A DNA stretch of 64,000 nucleotides from Shigella phage phi25-307, in sequence record MG589383. One strand, given 5' to 3'. The position numbers and the translations under genes are program-made. The notes under the pieces were generated by a model, which worked only from the letters and a program-made list of their open reading frames with translations, was not told where the DNA came from and made no database searches. Below are positions 36,135 to 51,192 of the stretch, one piece after another (positions within the stretch are counted from its first letter, which is position 1; each line of letters begins with the position of its first letter).

Positions 36135-37131
36135 TTCAAGTGTTATCTATCGTGCAATAGTTACATCAAAATTTAGAACAGAGAAAATGCTGAATTTTTA
36201 TAATTCAGTTGGGGATGGAGATGATAAGAACTCCATTTATATTACGTTTGGACGTTCAGAGCCTTGGGCGTCAAATGAAAATGAGGTGGGCTTCGCCCCA
36301 CCTTATCCTACAGATTCTGTTCTTGGTGTTACTGATATGTGGACCCATATGATGGGTACCGTTAAAGTTTTACCTTCAATGTTAGATTCTGTTATTCCTA
36401 GACGTGATTGGGGAGATGTGCGATATCCAGACCCTTACACGTTTAGAATTAACGATATAGTCGCATGTAATACTGCTCCTTACAACGCGACAGAAGTTGG
36501 AGCTGGTTGGTTAATTTACCGTTGTTTAGATGTCCCTGACGTAGGGCTCTGTTCAATAGAATCTTTAGATAATAAAGATGAATGTCTTAAATTAGGTGGT
36601 AAATGGACTCCGTCTGTTCGTTCTATGTCTCCTCCTGAAGGCAGAGGCGATGCTAATGGGGTTATCGAAACCGGTGATGGATATATTTGGGAATACCTTT
36701 ATGAGATTCCTGCCGATGTGTCAATTAACCGTTGCACTAATGAATATCTTGTAGTTCCATGGCCGGAAGAAATTAAAGAAGACCCCGCCCGTTGGGGATA
36801 TGAAAATAACTTAACTTGGCAACAAGATGACTACGGCTTGATTTACCGTGTTAAAGCCAATACGATGCGGTTTAAAGCATATTTTGATTCTGTTTATTTC
36901 CCTGAGGCAGCTTTGCCTGGTAACAAGGGTTTTAGACAGATATCAATTATCACAAACCCGTTAGAAGCTAAGAAAAATCCAAATGACCCTAATGTTAAAG
37001 CAGAAAAGGATTATTACGACCCTAGAGACCTGCAGCGTCATTCCGGTGAAATGATTTATATGGAAAACCGACCACCTGTTATTATGGCAATGGACCAAAC
37101 AGAAGAAATTAACATTTTGTTTATGTTTTAA
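36127..37131 (+). CDS. 8: gp8 baseplate wedge subunit
   Basis: 334 aa; synteny; terminator follows. Confidence 0.9.
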   Translation: MNDSSVIYRAIVTSKFRTEKMLNFYNSVGDGDDKNSIYITFGRSEPWASNENEVGFAPPYPTDSVLGVTDMWTHMMGTVKVLPSMLDSVIPRRDWGDVRYPDPYTFRINDIVACNTAPYNATEVGAGWLIYRCLDVPDVGLCSIESLDNKDECLKLGGKWTPSVRSMSPPEGRGDANGVIETGDGYIWEYLYEIPADVSINRCTNEYLVVPWPEEIKEDPARWGYENNLTWQQDDYGLIYRVKANTMRFKAYFDSVYFPEAALPGNKGFRQISIITNPLEAKKNPNDPNVKAEKDYYDPRDLQRHSGEMIYMENRPPVIMAMDQTEEINILFMF

Positions 37132-37134
37132 TTA

Positions 37135-37160
37135 GGGAGCCTTCGGGCTCCCATTTTTGT
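37135..37160 (+). terminator. intrinsic terminator after gene 8
   Basis: gggagcc-ttcg-ggctccc hairpin followed by atttttgt. Confidence 0.7.
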
Positions 37161-37163
37161 ATC

Positions 37164-37171
37164 TATAAATA
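37164..37171 (+). promoter_or_regulatory. late promoter TATAAATA for gene 9
   Basis: Exact motif after the gp8 terminator, 33 nt before the gp9 ATG. Confidence 0.6.
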
Positions 37172-37203
37172 GAATATAATATCGGACAACAAAAGGCAGA
37201 ATT

Positions 37204-38076
37204 ATGGCATTTTTTAAGCAAACTCCTAAACAATTAATCGATACCGGCGAAATTGGTAATGCCTCAACAGGTGATATCTTATTCGACGGTGGTAATAAAA
37301 TAAATGACGATATCAACGCTATTTACAATGCATTTGGCGATCAACGTAAAATGGCCGTAGCAGATGGAACCGGACCTACAGGTCAAACTATTCATGCCAC
37401 AGGCTATTATCAAAAAGGAAAGGCTGTCGATTATCAAACTCCTATTAAACCTGGCACCATGCATGATATTGATGCTTCTGATGGCGGTGTGATTGTTATT
37501 ATTGACCGTCCTGAATTAGGTGACTCTGTAGAATTCATAAACTCTAATGGGTCTATTTCTGTTAACAATCCTTTAAGTATCCAAGTAACCGATGGTTCAA
37601 TTAAAGGCGTTCTTAATAATCTTGTTATTTCCACCCCTTATACCCATGTTGTTCTTCGTTGTATTGAAATTAATGGGCCAACTTCAGTATGGAATTATTC
37701 TACTGATAGCATGTTTGGGCAGAAAGAATCTCCTGTCGATGGGACTTGGAGTCTTACAGGAAACACAGTTTCTATTCCTCTCTTTTATCGTACAGATTAT
37801 AACATGGCTAAATTGCTTGTTACATGCCAATCCGCTGACGGTAGAAAAATAAAAACATGCGAAATAAATATTCTAATAGATACAATTAACTCAGAAGTTC
37901 TTTCTACCGAATTTGCAGTAATGCGAGTTGGTAATGTAGATGAAACCGACGAGATTGCTAATATTAGCTTTAGTATTATTAACAACTTTGTTACTATGAC
38001 GATTACATCTGATATTATTGGATTACGTTCGGCAGTTAAAATTATCTCAACTCAGAAAATTGGGGTCGCTCAATAA
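37204..38076 (+). CDS. 9: gp9 baseplate wedge / long-tail-fibre socket
   Basis: 290 aa; late promoter 37164-37171; synteny. Confidence 0.9.
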   Translation: MAFFKQTPKQLIDTGEIGNASTGDILFDGGNKINDDINAIYNAFGDQRKMAVADGTGPTGQTIHATGYYQKGKAVDYQTPIKPGTMHDIDASDGGVIVIIDRPELGDSVEFINSNGSISVNNPLSIQVTDGSIKGVLNNLVISTPYTHVVLRCIEINGPTSVWNYSTDSMFGQKESPVDGTWSLTGNTVSIPLFYRTDYNMAKLLVTCQSADGRKIKTCEINILIDTINSEVLSTEFAVMRVGNVDETDEIANISFSIINNFVTMTITSDIIGLRSAVKIISTQKIGVAQ

Positions 38077-39881
38077 TGAAACAAAATATTAAAATTGGTA
38101 ACGTCGTTGATGACGGACAAGGCGATTACCTTCGTCGAGGTGGTGAAAAAATAAATGAGAACTTTGACGAAATCTATTATGAATTAGGTGATGGTGAAGT
38201 TCCTTATTCCGCTGGCGCATGGAAGACTTATGATGCGGCTGATGGTCTTAATCTTAATGCCGCTTGGGGTAAATCTTATGCAATTAATACTACTTCTGGA
38301 CGAGTTTCAGTAAATCTTCCTAAAGGGACAATTGCAGACTATAATAAAGTTATTCGTGCTCGTGACGTATTTGCAACTTGGAACATTAACCCTGTTACTT
38401 TAATTCCGGCAAACGGAGACACGATTAAAGGTTCTTCATCTCCGGTAGAAATTAACGTTCAGTTCTCTGATTTAGAATTAGTTTATTGTGCTCCTGGACG
38501 TTGGGAATACATCAAGAACAAACAAATTGATAAAATAGTTAGCTCTGACATTAGTAATGTCGCTCGTAGAGAATATCTGGTTGAAACCCAAGGTCAGACC
38601 GATTTCATGGATGTTTTTAACGGGACCTCTTATAACGTTAATAACATTCGCGTAAAACATCGTGGCAACGAATTGTATTATGGTGATGTATTCAGTGATA
38701 ATAGTGATTTTGGTTCTCCAGGCGCTAATCCTGGTGAACTGGTTGCACTCGATGGATTTAATATTAGATTACGCCAACCGTGTAATGTTGGGGACACTGT
38801 ACAAATTGAGACATTCCTAGATGGTGTTTCTCAGTGGCGTAGTTCATATACTCGTCGCCAAGTTCGCATTTTAGATAGTAAATTGACTGCTAAAAAGTCT
38901 ATTGATGGAAGTATTTACGTCACTGATTTGAGTACATTCCGGTCTATTCCATTTACAGCATTTGGTATTAATCCTACAGAACCACCTAACCCGAATTCGT
39001 TAGAAGTTCGCTTCAATGGTATTCTCCAAGAATTAGCTGGTACTGTTGGAACTCCTATTTTCCGCTGTGAAGGTGTAGATGCTGATTCTGAAGAGTCATG
39101 TGCTAATCTCGGCGGGACATGGACTCAATCGTATACAGATTATGCGATTGAATATACTGATAATATCCCTAGCGCAATTCTGTTTGACCGTCAATTTGAA
39201 GACCAAGACATTATTACCATCACATGGTTTAATAACGATTTAGGAACTCTTCTTGAAATGGACGAAATCCTTGATGTCGCTGATGAGAAATATGTTTCTC
39301 AAGGGTCTAACATTGAAATTACTGGTGACGTGGCATTAACCGATTTCGATAAAATTGGATGGCCTAATGTAGAACCTGTTCCTAAGTATGAACGTGAATT
39401 CTCGACTATCTCAGCAATATTTGATACAATTTATCCTGTCGGGACTATTTACGAAAATGCGGTTAACCCTAATAATCCGGCCACTTATTTAGGTTTTGGT
39501 TCGTGGAAAATTTGGGGACAAGGCAAAGTATTAGCAGGTTGGAATGATGACGCGTCAGATCCTAATTTTGCATTAAATAATAATGACCTTGACGTCAATG
39601 GTAACCCTACTCATACCGCAGGTGGGACCGTTGGTGTAACAACCATCACATTAGAAAATGCTGATTTACCAGCTACACAAACCGATGAAAAGGTTCTTAT
39701 TTCTGATGATAATGGTACAGTAATTATAGGCGGATGCCAATACGACCCAGATGAAGAAGGTCCTATTTACACTAAATATCGTGAAGACCATGCAAAGACT
39801 AATGGATCTCATGTTCCAGCGCGTTCTATAACTAATATTCAGCCATCTATAACTGTATACCGTTGGGTAAGGATTGCATAA
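38076..39881 (+). CDS. 10: gp10 baseplate wedge subunit and tail pin
   Basis: 601 aa; synteny. Confidence 0.9.
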   Translation: MKQNIKIGNVVDDGQGDYLRRGGEKINENFDEIYYELGDGEVPYSAGAWKTYDAADGLNLNAAWGKSYAINTTSGRVSVNLPKGTIADYNKVIRARDVFATWNINPVTLIPANGDTIKGSSSPVEINVQFSDLELVYCAPGRWEYIKNKQIDKIVSSDISNVARREYLVETQGQTDFMDVFNGTSYNVNNIRVKHRGNELYYGDVFSDNSDFGSPGANPGELVALDGFNIRLRQPCNVGDTVQIETFLDGVSQWRSSYTRRQVRILDSKLTAKKSIDGSIYVTDLSTFRSIPFTAFGINPTEPPNPNSLEVRFNGILQELAGTVGTPIFRCEGVDADSEESCANLGGTWTQSYTDYAIEYTDNIPSAILFDRQFEDQDIITITWFNNDLGTLLEMDEILDVADEKYVSQGSNIEITGDVALTDFDKIGWPNVEPVPKYEREFSTISAIFDTIYPVGTIYENAVNPNNPATYLGFGSWKIWGQGKVLAGWNDDASDPNFALNNNDLDVNGNPTHTAGGTVGVTTITLENADLPATQTDEKVLISDDNGTVIIGGCQYDPDEEGPIYTKYREDHAKTNGSHVPARSITNIQPSITVYRWVRIA

Positions 39882-40540
39882 TGACTGTACTTAATACAAA
39901 GGCGGGAGTTATTTCCCGTCATGCTGATTTTTTGAATTACAGAAAAAATCCAGCTCAAATTGATGTTTTAAACAACCAAGCTGTAGGTTCCGTGACTATT
40001 TCTCAGTTAGCTCGTGGTTTTTATGATGCTAACGTAGAATCTGCAATAAATGATGTCCATAATATGGCACGAGCTGATATTGGTACTGTTGTCACAAACA
40101 CTTCAGGCGTATCGCCTGAAGGTACAGCACAAGTTGATTATTGGACTTTTTCTGGCGATGTTCTCGACGATACTTTGGCCCCTGGAACGCCGGTCGTTAT
40201 TAACGTATTTGGACTTGCTGTTAAAGCAACAATCGGTATGACTGATAACGAATTAACGGCACAAGTTCGTATAGCTTTACAAGAAGCCATTGCTAATCAA
40301 ATCGCTATTTCTTCTTATAAAGACCATCCGACCGAAGGTAATAAACTTCAGGTGACATATTTGGATAACCAACGTCATGTGTTGCCAACATATGCTTCGT
40401 TTGGTGTAACAATTTCGCAAGAAATTTTGTCTGAAGCAAAATCCGGATACGGAACATGGAATTTATTGGGTGCCCAAACGGTTACTCTTGATAACCATAG
40501 CACTCCTACCGTTTTCTACCACTTTGTGAGAGCCTCATGA
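39881..40540 (+). CDS. 11: gp11 baseplate wedge subunit and tail pin
   Basis: [18 protein letters not shown] matches T4 gp11; start refined to ATG 39881 in TAATG overlap with gp10. Confidence 0.9.
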   Translation: MTVLNTKAGVISRHADFLNYRKNPAQIDVLNNQAVGSVTISQLARGFYDANVESAINDVHNMARADIGTVVTNTSGVSPEGTAQVDYWTFSGDVLDDTLAPGTPVVINVFGLAVKATIGMTDNELTAQVRIALQEAIANQIAISSYKDHPTEGNKLQVTYLDNQRHVLPTYASFGVTISQEILSEAKSGYGTWNLLGAQTVTLDNHSTPTVFYHFVRAS

Positions 40541-42120
40541 GTAATAACAATACATACCAACACGTTTCAAACGAATCCATTTACGTTGAATTCGACCCTA
40601 CGGGGTCGAATTTTCCAGATACAGTCACTAATGTCCAAGCCGCATTAGCTGCTATTTCTCCTTCAGGTGTTAACGGCGTACCGGAAGCAACAACTACTAC
40701 ACCAGGAATTATTCAAATAGCTACTCCACAAGAAGTTATTGATGGATTAGATAATAGTAAAGCTGTTACTCCGGCAACACTGAATGCTCGTCTACAATAT
40801 CCTAATGCAACCGAAACTCAATATGGCTTAACTCGTTATGCTACTGAAGACGAAGCAGTAACCGGAGCTATTGACGATGCATCAATTACTCCGCTTAAAT
40901 TGAATCAAAAAATAGACAATGTATTTCAGACAAAAGTGTCAACAGAAGCAACAAATGGTGTAATTAAAATTTCAACTTCTGCCGCGGCATTAGCTGGTTC
41001 TGACGATACAACGGCAATGACTCCGTTAAAAACGCAACAATTAGCAATTAAACTTATTTCGCAAATTGCTCCAAATAATAGTGACGCCACCGAATCTATT
41101 ACAGGTGTTGTTCGTTTGGCTACAGTCGCTCAAGCACAACAAGGCACCCTGCGTGAAGGCTATGCAATTTCACCTTATACCTTTATGAATTCAGTAGCAT
41201 CAGAAACTAATAAAGGCGTCGTTAAACTAGGGACACAGACTGAAGTAAATAGTAACAACTCTTCAGCTGTAGTGACCGGCGCAACATTAAACGGGCGTGG
41301 GGCTACAACTTCTTTACGTGGAGTTGTTCGTTTAACTACACAAGCGGGTAGCCAATCAGGTGGCGATGGTTCTTCTGCCCTTGCTTGGAATGCTGATGTT
41401 ATCCACCAACGAGGTGGGCAAACTATTAATGGCACGCTTCGCATTAATAATACGTTGACGGTTGGTTCTGGTGGAGCTAATATAACTGGTAATGTCAATA
41501 TGACAGGTGGTTATATTCAAGGCAATCGTATTGTGACTCAAAATGAATTAGACCGAATTCTTCCAGTTGGCGCTATTACAATGTGGGCTGCAGATAGTTT
41601 ACCGAGTTCTGACTGGCGCTTCTGTCATGGTGGGACCGTTTCTGCTTCAGAATGTCCAGTATATGCTTCCAGAATTGGGACACGATATGGTGGTAGTTCT
41701 TCTAACCCAGGTTTGCCTGATATGCGTGGACTATTTGTTCGTGGCTCAGGTCGTGGTAATCATTTAACTAACCCTAATGTTAATGGTAATGACCAATTTG
41801 GTAAGCCTCGTCTGGCGGTAGGTTGTACCGGTGGATATGTCGGTGAAGTGCAAAAACAACAGATGTCATATCATAAGCATGCTGGCGGTTTTGGTGAACA
41901 TGACGATTCCGGTGCATTTGGTAATACTCGTCGTTCAAACTTTGTTGGTACTCGTAAAGGACTTGACTGGGATAACCGTTCATATTTTACTAACGAGGGA
42001 TATGAAATTGATCCAGCGTCTCAGCGTAACTCTAAATATACCATGAATCGTCCAGAATTAATTGGAAATGAAACTCGCCCATGGAATATTTCTTTAAACT
42101 ATATCATTAAGGTAAAATAA
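40537..42120 (+). CDS. 12: gp12 short tail fibre
   Basis: 527 aa as in T4 gp12; repetitive beta-rich middle. Confidence 0.9.
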   Translation: MSNNNTYQHVSNESIYVEFDPTGSNFPDTVTNVQAALAAISPSGVNGVPEATTTTPGIIQIATPQEVIDGLDNSKAVTPATLNARLQYPNATETQYGLTRYATEDEAVTGAIDDASITPLKLNQKIDNVFQTKVSTEATNGVIKISTSAAALAGSDDTTAMTPLKTQQLAIKLISQIAPNNSDATESITGVVRLATVAQAQQGTLREGYAISPYTFMNSVASETNKGVVKLGTQTEVNSNNSSAVVTGATLNGRGATTSLRGVVRLTTQAGSQSGGDGSSALAWNADVIHQRGGQTINGTLRINNTLTVGSGGANITGNVNMTGGYIQGNRIVTQNELDRILPVGAITMWAADSLPSSDWRFCHGGTVSASECPVYASRIGTRYGGSSSNPGLPDMRGLFVRGSGRGNHLTNPNVNGNDQFGKPRLAVGCTGGYVGEVQKQQMSYHKHAGGFGEHDDSGAFGNTRRSNFVGTRKGLDWDNRSYFTNEGYEIDPASQRNSKYTMNRPELIGNETRPWNISLNYIIKVK

Positions 42121-43568
42121 TGACTGATATAACTCTGGTAGATTTACCATATGTTGACGGCCCGCCAGACGCGGGTCAGAGTCGTATTGAATGGATTAAA
42201 AACGATGAAGAAATAACAGGTGCTGACACAAAATACGGTTCTGAAGGTGTAATGAACCGTCCTATTGTTGAAGTTCAACGTAACGTAGAAGCGTTAGATG
42301 TTAATATTAAAACTATAGCATCTTCTTTGAATACGGCCAATGAAGATATCAAAGCTATTCAAGGTATTTTAGATGTTTCTGGGGATGTTGATGCTCTTGC
42401 ACAGATAGGCCAGAACACCCAAGATATCGATGTCATTAAAGTCACAGTTCAAACCCATGCTAGTGAATTGAATGATTTGAATGAACATATTGATGCGAAT
42501 ACTGATGATATTGGTGTTTATAATCAGGAAACAGATTCAGTTTATAGAACTGTTCGTAACGACCTGCTTTGGATTAAAAATGAATTAGGACAATATACCG
42601 GTCAAGATATTAACGGGGTTCCTACTCCAGGAAATGATAGCACTGGTATGAAACGCCGTATTATGACTAATAGCTCCGTAATTGTTGACCACGGTGTTCG
42701 ATTAACTGATTTAGAAACTAAATTTGCTGATTCTGACGTCGGCTCTTTAACTAATGAAGTCGAACACTTACGCGAAGAAATGGGGCCTCGCACTTCTTTC
42801 ACTACTCCAGTATTTAGTCGTCTTTCTGGTATTGATTTAACTTTGTCGCGTCAAAATGCTGACTTAGATGGCATTAAACAGTCTATTGGGTATCCTAATA
42901 CGACTTCTATTATTACTACAACTAATGCAAATAGTTCAGCAATAAACGACATTAATCTTGAGCTCAATCAATCAGGTGGTATTAAACCTCGTTTGACTAC
43001 AGTAGAAACTGCCATTGGCGCTGATGATTTGCCTACTACAATCCAAGGACGTATTAAACTCAATACTGATGCTATCGGAGCATTGAACACTGTTGTCGGC
43101 TCTGATTCTTCGTCAGGATTGCGTTTTAATGTGTCATGGTTAAATAACGTAGTCGGTGTTGACGCTTCAGGTGGGAAACCGGAACCAGAAGGCTCTTTGC
43201 TTTATCGTACTAGAGCGCTTGAAGGATCTATCGGTGAGATGAGTAATGACATTCAGAACATTCAAACTGATGTTGGGACTAATAGCACAGGAATTAAGGG
43301 TTCTGTAAACACATTAAATACTCTTATAAATGGCACCAACCCAAATGGTTCGACTGTTGAAGAACGTGGTATATTGCCTACAGTTAAAAGTCATGATACG
43401 ACAATTAATGGTTTAACTTCTAGAATTGCTACTCTTGAAACTGATTTGGCCGCTGCAGAAGCTGAAATCCAAACTCTTAAGGAAGCTGGATATATTGAAG
43501 ATGCTCCTTCAGACGGTAAATTCTATGTTCGCAAAGATGGTGCATGGGTTGAACTTCCTACAGCTTAA
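42120..43568 (+). CDS. wac: fibritin (whisker antigen control) Wac
   Basis: Coiled-coil body and C-terminal foldon GYIEDAPSDGKFYVRKDGAWVELPTA. Confidence 0.9.
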   Translation: MTDITLVDLPYVDGPPDAGQSRIEWIKNDEEITGADTKYGSEGVMNRPIVEVQRNVEALDVNIKTIASSLNTANEDIKAIQGILDVSGDVDALAQIGQNTQDIDVIKVTVQTHASELNDLNEHIDANTDDIGVYNQETDSVYRTVRNDLLWIKNELGQYTGQDINGVPTPGNDSTGMKRRIMTNSSVIVDHGVRLTDLETKFADSDVGSLTNEVEHLREEMGPRTSFTTPVFSRLSGIDLTLSRQNADLDGIKQSIGYPNTTSIITTTNANSSAINDINLELNQSGGIKPRLTTVETAIGADDLPTTIQGRIKLNTDAIGALNTVVGSDSSSGLRFNVSWLNNVVGVDASGGKPEPEGSLLYRTRALEGSIGEMSNDIQNIQTDVGTNSTGIKGSVNTLNTLINGTNPNGSTVEERGILPTVKSHDTTINGLTSRIATLETDLAAAEAEIQTLKEAGYIEDAPSDGKFYVRKDGAWVELPTA

Positions 43569-43600
43569 TGAAAAGGGCCTTCGGGCCCTAAAGGATTTAT

Positions 43601-44527
43601 ATGTCAGGTTATAATGCACAAAACCCTAAAGAATTAAAGGACGTAATATTACGTCGTTTAGGCGCTCCTATTGTAAATGTTGAATTAACTACAGATCAAA
43701 TTTATGATTGTATTTCACGAGCGTTAGAACTTTATGGCGAATACCATTTTGACGGGTTGAATAAAGGTTTCCATGTATTTTTTGTTGATGACGAAGAAAA
43801 ATACCGTCACGGCGTATTTGATATGCGCGGTTCTAACGTATTTGCTGTAACAAGAATTATAAGAACAAATGTTGGCTCTATTACTTCAATGGATGGTAAT
43901 GCAACTTATCCATGGTTCACTGATTTCCTTTTAGGAATGGCCGGTGTTTCAGGTGGTATGGGTAGTAATTGCGGTAAATTCTACGGCCCGAACGCTTTTG
44001 GCGCTGATCTAGGGTATTATTCTCAATTAGTATCTTATATGGGTATGCTTCAAGATATGATTGCTCCTCTTCCAGATTTTTGGTTTAACTCTGCAAACGA
44101 GCAATTAAAAGTAATGGGTAACTTTAGACAGAAAGACGTCATTATCGTTGAATCGTATGTTCGCTCTTATATCGAGACCCATAAGATGGTAGGAAATACA
44201 GTAGGGTACGGTCAAGTAGGTCCTCGTGATTCATGGTCTATTTCTGAACGTTATGATAATCCAGACCATAATTTGGTCGGACGTCGAGTTGGTGAAGATC
44301 CTGCAACTAAACAAGGCGCATATAACAACCGCTGGGTTAAAGATTATGCAACTGCATTAGCTAAAGAGCTTAATGGGCAAATTCTTGCTAAACATCAAGG
44401 TATGATGTTACCGGGTGGCGTCACTGTTGATGGCGTTCGATTAATTGAAGAAGCTCGTTTAGAGAAAGAAGCTTTACGAGAAGAGTTATATTTACTGGAC
44501 CCTCCTGCAGGTATTTTGGTAGGTTAA
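43601..44527 (+). CDS. 13: gp13 neck protein
   Basis: 308 aa; synteny. Confidence 0.9.
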   Translation: MSGYNAQNPKELKDVILRRLGAPIVNVELTTDQIYDCISRALELYGEYHFDGLNKGFHVFFVDDEEKYRHGVFDMRGSNVFAVTRIIRTNVGSITSMDGNATYPWFTDFLLGMAGVSGGMGSNCGKFYGPNAFGADLGYYSQLVSYMGMLQDMIAPLPDFWFNSANEQLKVMGNFRQKDVIIVESYVRSYIETHKMVGNTVGYGQVGPRDSWSISERYDNPDHNLVGRRVGEDPATKQGAYNNRWVKDYATALAKELNGQILAKHQGMMLPGGVTVDGVRLIEEARLEKEALREELYLLDPPAGILVG

Positions 44528-44528
44528 T

Positions 44529-45293
44529 ATGGCAACTTATGATAAAAATCTTTTCGCCAAACTAGAAAATCGCGGTGGGTATTCTCAGACAAATGAGACC
44601 GAAATCCTCAATCCATTTGTCAATTTTAATAACTATGAGAATAGTCAGACATTAGCCGATGTTCTAGTGGCAGAAAGCATACAGATGCGCGGTATTGAAT
44701 GTTTTTATGTTCCACGTGAATATGTTGCCGTGGACCTTATCTTTGGTGAGGACCTTAAAAATAAATTTACTAAAGCATGGAAATTTGCTGCATATCTGAA
44801 CTCTTTTGAAGGTTATGAAGGAGCGAAATCGTTCTTCAGCAACTTCGGAATGCAAGTTCAAGACGAAGTTACATTATCTATTAACCCGGGTCTTTTCAAA
44901 CACCAGGTCAACAATCAGGAGCCCAAGGAAGGTGATTTAATATACTTCCCAATGGACAACAGTTTGTTTGAGATTAACTGGGTTGAACCATATGACCCAT
45001 TCTATCAAGTAGGTAAAAATGCGATTCGTAAAATTACTGCAGGCAAGTTTATTTACTCTGGCGAAGAAATCAATCCGGTGCTTCAGAAAAATGAAGGTAT
45101 CAATATACCTGAATTTAGTGACTTGGAACTTAACCCTGTTAGAAATCTTGACGGTATCCATGACATTAATATCGATGAATATTCTGAAGTTGAGCAAATC
45201 AATTCAGAGGCAAGTGAATACGTTGAGCCGTATGTAGTAGTTAACAACCGTGGTAGACAAAATTCACCATTTGACGATGGGTTTATGAATTAA
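44529..45293 (+). CDS. 14: gp14 neck protein
   Basis: 254 aa; synteny. Confidence 0.9.
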   Translation: MATYDKNLFAKLENRGGYSQTNETEILNPFVNFNNYENSQTLADVLVAESIQMRGIECFYVPREYVAVDLIFGEDLKNKFTKAWKFAAYLNSFEGYEGAKSFFSNFGMQVQDEVTLSINPGLFKHQVNNQEPKEGDLIYFPMDNSLFEINWVEPYDPFYQVGKNAIRKITAGKFIYSGEEINPVLQKNEGINIPEFSDLELNPVRNLDGIHDINIDEYSEVEQINSEASEYVEPYVVVNNRGRQNSPFDDGFMN

Positions 45294-45345
45294 TAAATAG
45301 ATAAGATAAAGCAAACACCGGTCGAAAGGCCGGTTAGGAGAAATG

Positions 45346-46167
45346 ATGTTTGGTTATTTTTACAACTCGTCGTTCAGGCGATATATCACAATGATGGGCG
45401 ATTTGTTTTCAAATATCCAAGTTATCCGTCAATTGTCTACAGGCAATAAATTAATTAGAGTTCCTATTACGTATGCATCTAAAGAGCACTTTATGATGAA
45501 ACTTAATAAATGGACCTCTATAAACTCACAAGAAGATGTGGCCAAAGTCGAAACTATTCTACCACGTATAAATCTCCAAATGGTAGATTTCGTTTATAAC
45601 CCAACGTTTAAAACGAATATATTGAATAACTCTCTTTTGAGTAAATCGACTAAGGATATTGTAGACCAATACAACCCATCACCAATTAAAATGATTTTTG
45701 AACTGAGCATCTTTACTCGTTATGAAGATGATATGTTCCAAATCGTTGAGCAAATTATTCCATATTTTCAGCCGCATTTTAATACGACTATGATTGAGCA
45801 ATATGGGCAGGATATTCCATTTGAAAGGGATATTAAAGTCGTATGGATGGCAGCATCAATGGATGAACAAATAGACGGTGATAATTTATCTCGTCGACGT
45901 TTAGAGTGGTCATTAACATTTGAAGTAAATGGATGGATGTATCCTCCGGTAGGCGCAGCAGAAGGCCTTATTAAAACGACTTATCTTGATTTTCATGCTA
46001 ATGAACGAGACCTTCAATCAGCCGCCAGCGTTTTTGAATCAGTTGATACAGAAATTAAACCGAGAGACGTTGAAGCACAAGATTGGAATGGCGAAGTTGA
46101 ACAAACTTATACTCACGATATTCCAATCCCGACTCCACCAACCCCTCCTGGTCCTAGAAAACAATAA
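45346..46167 (+). CDS. 15: gp15 tail sheath stabiliser / tail terminator
   Basis: MFGYFYNSSFRRY matches T4 gp15; second ATG chosen for RBS spacing. Confidence 0.9.
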   Translation: MFGYFYNSSFRRYITMMGDLFSNIQVIRQLSTGNKLIRVPITYASKEHFMMKLNKWTSINSQEDVAKVETILPRINLQMVDFVYNPTFKTNILNNSLLSKSTKDIVDQYNPSPIKMIFELSIFTRYEDDMFQIVEQIIPYFQPHFNTTMIEQYGQDIPFERDIKVVWMAASMDEQIDGDNLSRRRLEWSLTFEVNGWMYPPVGAAEGLIKTTYLDFHANERDLQSAASVFESVDTEIKPRDVEAQDWNGEVEQTYTHDIPIPTPPTPPGPRKQ

Positions 46168-48493
<2,326 letters not shown>

Positions 48494-48520
48494 AAATAAA
48501 GCAAATTAAGAGGAATTAAA

Positions 48521-50503
48521 ATGGCACTTCTCTCTCCGGGCGTTGAGCTCAAAGAAACTACCGTACAGAGTACTGTAGTTAATAACTCCACTGGTACTGC
48601 TGCCCTGGCTGGAAAATTCCAATGGGGACCGGCATTCCAGATTAAACAAATCACTGATGAAGTTTCATTAGTTGATATGTTTGGTACTCCTAATACGGAT
48701 ACAGCAGATTATTTCATGTCTGCTATGAACTTCCTTCAATATGGTAATGACCTTCGTGTTGTACGCGCAGTTGATCGTGATACTGCTAAGAACTCATCTC
48801 CTGTAGCAGGCAATATTGAATTCACAATCTCTGCCACTGGTAGTAACTATGCAGTTGGCGATAAAATTATCGTTAAGTATTTGACCGAAACTGTTGAAGC
48901 AGATGGTTATGTCACTTCAGTTGATGTCGATGGTAAAATTCTTAACATTTATATCCCAACCGGTAAAATTATTGCTCGTGCAAAAGAAATTAATGAATAT
49001 CCGGCATTGGGTTCTAATTGGACCGCCGAAGTTGCCAGTTCTTCTTCTGGACTTTCTGGCGTTATTACAATTGGTTCTATCGTAACCGATTCGGGTATTC
49101 TGTTAACTGAAGTTGAAACTTCTGAAGAAGCTATTACTTCTCTAACTTTCCAAGAATCTATTAAAAAATATGGTGTCCCAGGCGTAGTTGCTCTTTATCC
49201 TGGTGAACTTGGCGACCAGCTTGAAATTGAAATCGTATCTAAAGCAGACTATGACAAAGGTGCTTCAGCACAGTTAAAAATTTATCCTGATGGTGGTACT
49301 CGTGCATCTACTGCTAAAGCAGTGTTTGGATATGGCCCACAAACTGATGACCAATATGCAATTATCGTTCGTCGTAACGATGCTGTAGTTCAGAGCGTAA
49401 TTCTTTCTACTAAGCGTGGTGAACGCGATATTTATGGTAGTAATATCTTTATTGATGATTTCTTTGCTAAAGGCGCAAGCAATTATATTTTCGCTACTGC
49501 ACAAGGTTGGCCAAAAGGTTTCTCTGGCGTAATCAAACTGAGTGGTGGCTTATCATCTAATGAAACGGTTGACGCTGGTGATTTAATGGAAGCTTGGGAT
49601 TTGTTTGCTGACCGTGAATCTGTTAATGCGCAGTTGTTTATTGCTGGTTCTTGTGCAGGTGAATCTTTAGAAGTTGCTTCTACAGTTCAGAAACATGTTG
49701 TAGCAATTGGTGATTCTCGCCAAGATTGTTTGGTTCTTTGCTCACCGCCACGTGCAACTATAGTCGGTATTCCTGTTAATCGTGCAGTTGATAATCTGGT
49801 TGATTGGCGTACTGCGTCAGGAACTTACACTGATAATAACTTTAATATAAGTTCTACTTATGCTGCTATTGACGGTAACTATAAATATCAATATGACAAA
49901 TATAATGACGTGAATCGTTGGGTTCCATTAGCTGCTGATATTGCTGGTCTTTGTGCTCGCACAGACAATATTTCTCAGCCTTGGATGTCTCCTGCCGGTT
50001 ATAACCGTGGACAAATTCTTAACGTTATTAAGCTTGCAATTGAAACTCGCCAACCACAGCGTGATCGTTTGTATCAGGAAGCTATTAACCCTGTTACTGG
50101 TACCGGTGGTGATGGGTATGTTCTGTATGGTGATAAAACTGCCACTTCTGTTCCTTCACCATTTGACCGTATTAACGTTCGTCGTTTGTTCAATATGGTT
50201 AAAACGAACATTGGTTCAGCATCTAAATATCGCCTGTTTGAATTGAACAACGCATTTACCCGTTCTTCTTTCCGTACAGAGACTTCTCAATATCTACAGG
50301 GTATTAAAGCTCTCGGTGGTGTATATAACTTTAAAGTTGTTTGTGATACTACCAATAACACACCAGCAGTTATCGACCGTAATGAATTTGTAGCTACTTT
50401 CTACTTACAACCTGCCCGCTCGATAAATTATATTACGTTGAACTTTGTAGCAACAGCAACGGGTGCCGATTTCGACGAACTAATTGGTACTGTAAGTGGC
50501 TAA
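48521..50503 (+). CDS. 18: gp18 tail sheath protein
   Basis: 660 aa; late promoter 48486-48493. Confidence 0.95.
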   Translation: MALLSPGVELKETTVQSTVVNNSTGTAALAGKFQWGPAFQIKQITDEVSLVDMFGTPNTDTADYFMSAMNFLQYGNDLRVVRAVDRDTAKNSSPVAGNIEFTISATGSNYAVGDKIIVKYLTETVEADGYVTSVDVDGKILNIYIPTGKIIARAKEINEYPALGSNWTAEVASSSSGLSGVITIGSIVTDSGILLTEVETSEEAITSLTFQESIKKYGVPGVVALYPGELGDQLEIEIVSKADYDKGASAQLKIYPDGGTRASTAKAVFGYGPQTDDQYAIIVRRNDAVVQSVILSTKRGERDIYGSNIFIDDFFAKGASNYIFATAQGWPKGFSGVIKLSGGLSSNETVDAGDLMEAWDLFADRESVNAQLFIAGSCAGESLEVASTVQKHVVAIGDSRQDCLVLCSPPRATIVGIPVNRAVDNLVDWRTASGTYTDNNFNISSTYAAIDGNYKYQYDKYNDVNRWVPLAADIAGLCARTDNISQPWMSPAGYNRGQILNVIKLAIETRQPQRDRLYQEAINPVTGTGGDGYVLYGDKTATSVPSPFDRINVRRLFNMVKTNIGSASKYRLFELNNAFTRSSFRTETSQYLQGIKALGGVYNFKVVCDTTNNTPAVIDRNEFVATFYLQPARSINYITLNFVATATGADFDELIGTVSG

Positions 50504-50535
50504 TAAGACGCCTGATGGGCTATTTCGGTAGCCCA

Positions 50536-50543
50536 TATAAATA
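50536..50543 (+). promoter_or_regulatory. late promoter TATAAATA for gene 19
   Basis: Exact motif following the hairpin at 50517-50534. Confidence 0.6.
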
Positions 50544-50616
50544 TAACTATATCGTTTAAAAATTAATTCTATGGGCATCCGGTTAATCCTAAGCCCATAT
50601 TACTACAGAGGCTAAT

Positions 50617-51108
50617 ATGTTTGTAGATGACGTAACTCGCGCCTTCGAATCAGGTGATTTCGCTCGCCCTAACCTGTTTGAAGTAGAAATCTCTTATCTT
50701 GGGCAAAACTTTAGCTTCCAGTGTCGTGCTACGGCTCTTCCTGCTGCGATCGTTGAAAAGGTTCCTGTTTCTTATATGAACCGTAAAATTAACGTGGCTG
50801 GTGATCGTACATTCGATGATTGGACTATTACAGTAATGAACGATGATGCTCATAGCATTCGTCAGAAATTTGTTGATTGGCAAGGTATTGCAGCAGGACA
50901 AGGTAATGAAATTACCGGTGGTAAACCTGCTGAATATAAAAAGACTGCTATCGTTCGTCAATTTGCTCGTGATGCTAAAACGGTCACTAAAGAAGTTGAA
51001 ATTGTTGGCTTGTGGCCTACTAACGTTGGTGAAGTATCTCTTGACTGGGACAGCAATAACGAGATTGAAACGTTCGAAGTAACTCTTGCTCTTGATTGGT
51101 GGGAATAA
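50617..51108 (+). CDS. 19: gp19 tail tube protein
   Basis: 163 aa; late promoter 50536-50543. Confidence 0.95.
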   Translation: MFVDDVTRAFESGDFARPNLFEVEISYLGQNFSFQCRATALPAAIVEKVPVSYMNRKINVAGDRTFDDWTITVMNDDAHSIRQKFVDWQGIAAGQGNEITGGKPAEYKKTAIVRQFARDAKTVTKEVEIVGLWPTNVGEVSLDWDSNNEIETFEVTLALDWWE

Positions 51109-51156
51109 TCTGGTTGGGGAGAAATCCCCAGCTTCCCGTGATGACGGAGAAGTCCA

Positions 51157-51164
51157 TATAAATA
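51157..51164 (+). promoter_or_regulatory. late promoter TATAAATA for gene 20
   Basis: Exact motif following the hairpin at 51115-51130. Confidence 0.6.
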
Positions 51165-51192
51165 TAACTATAATTCCCATTCGGAGAATACA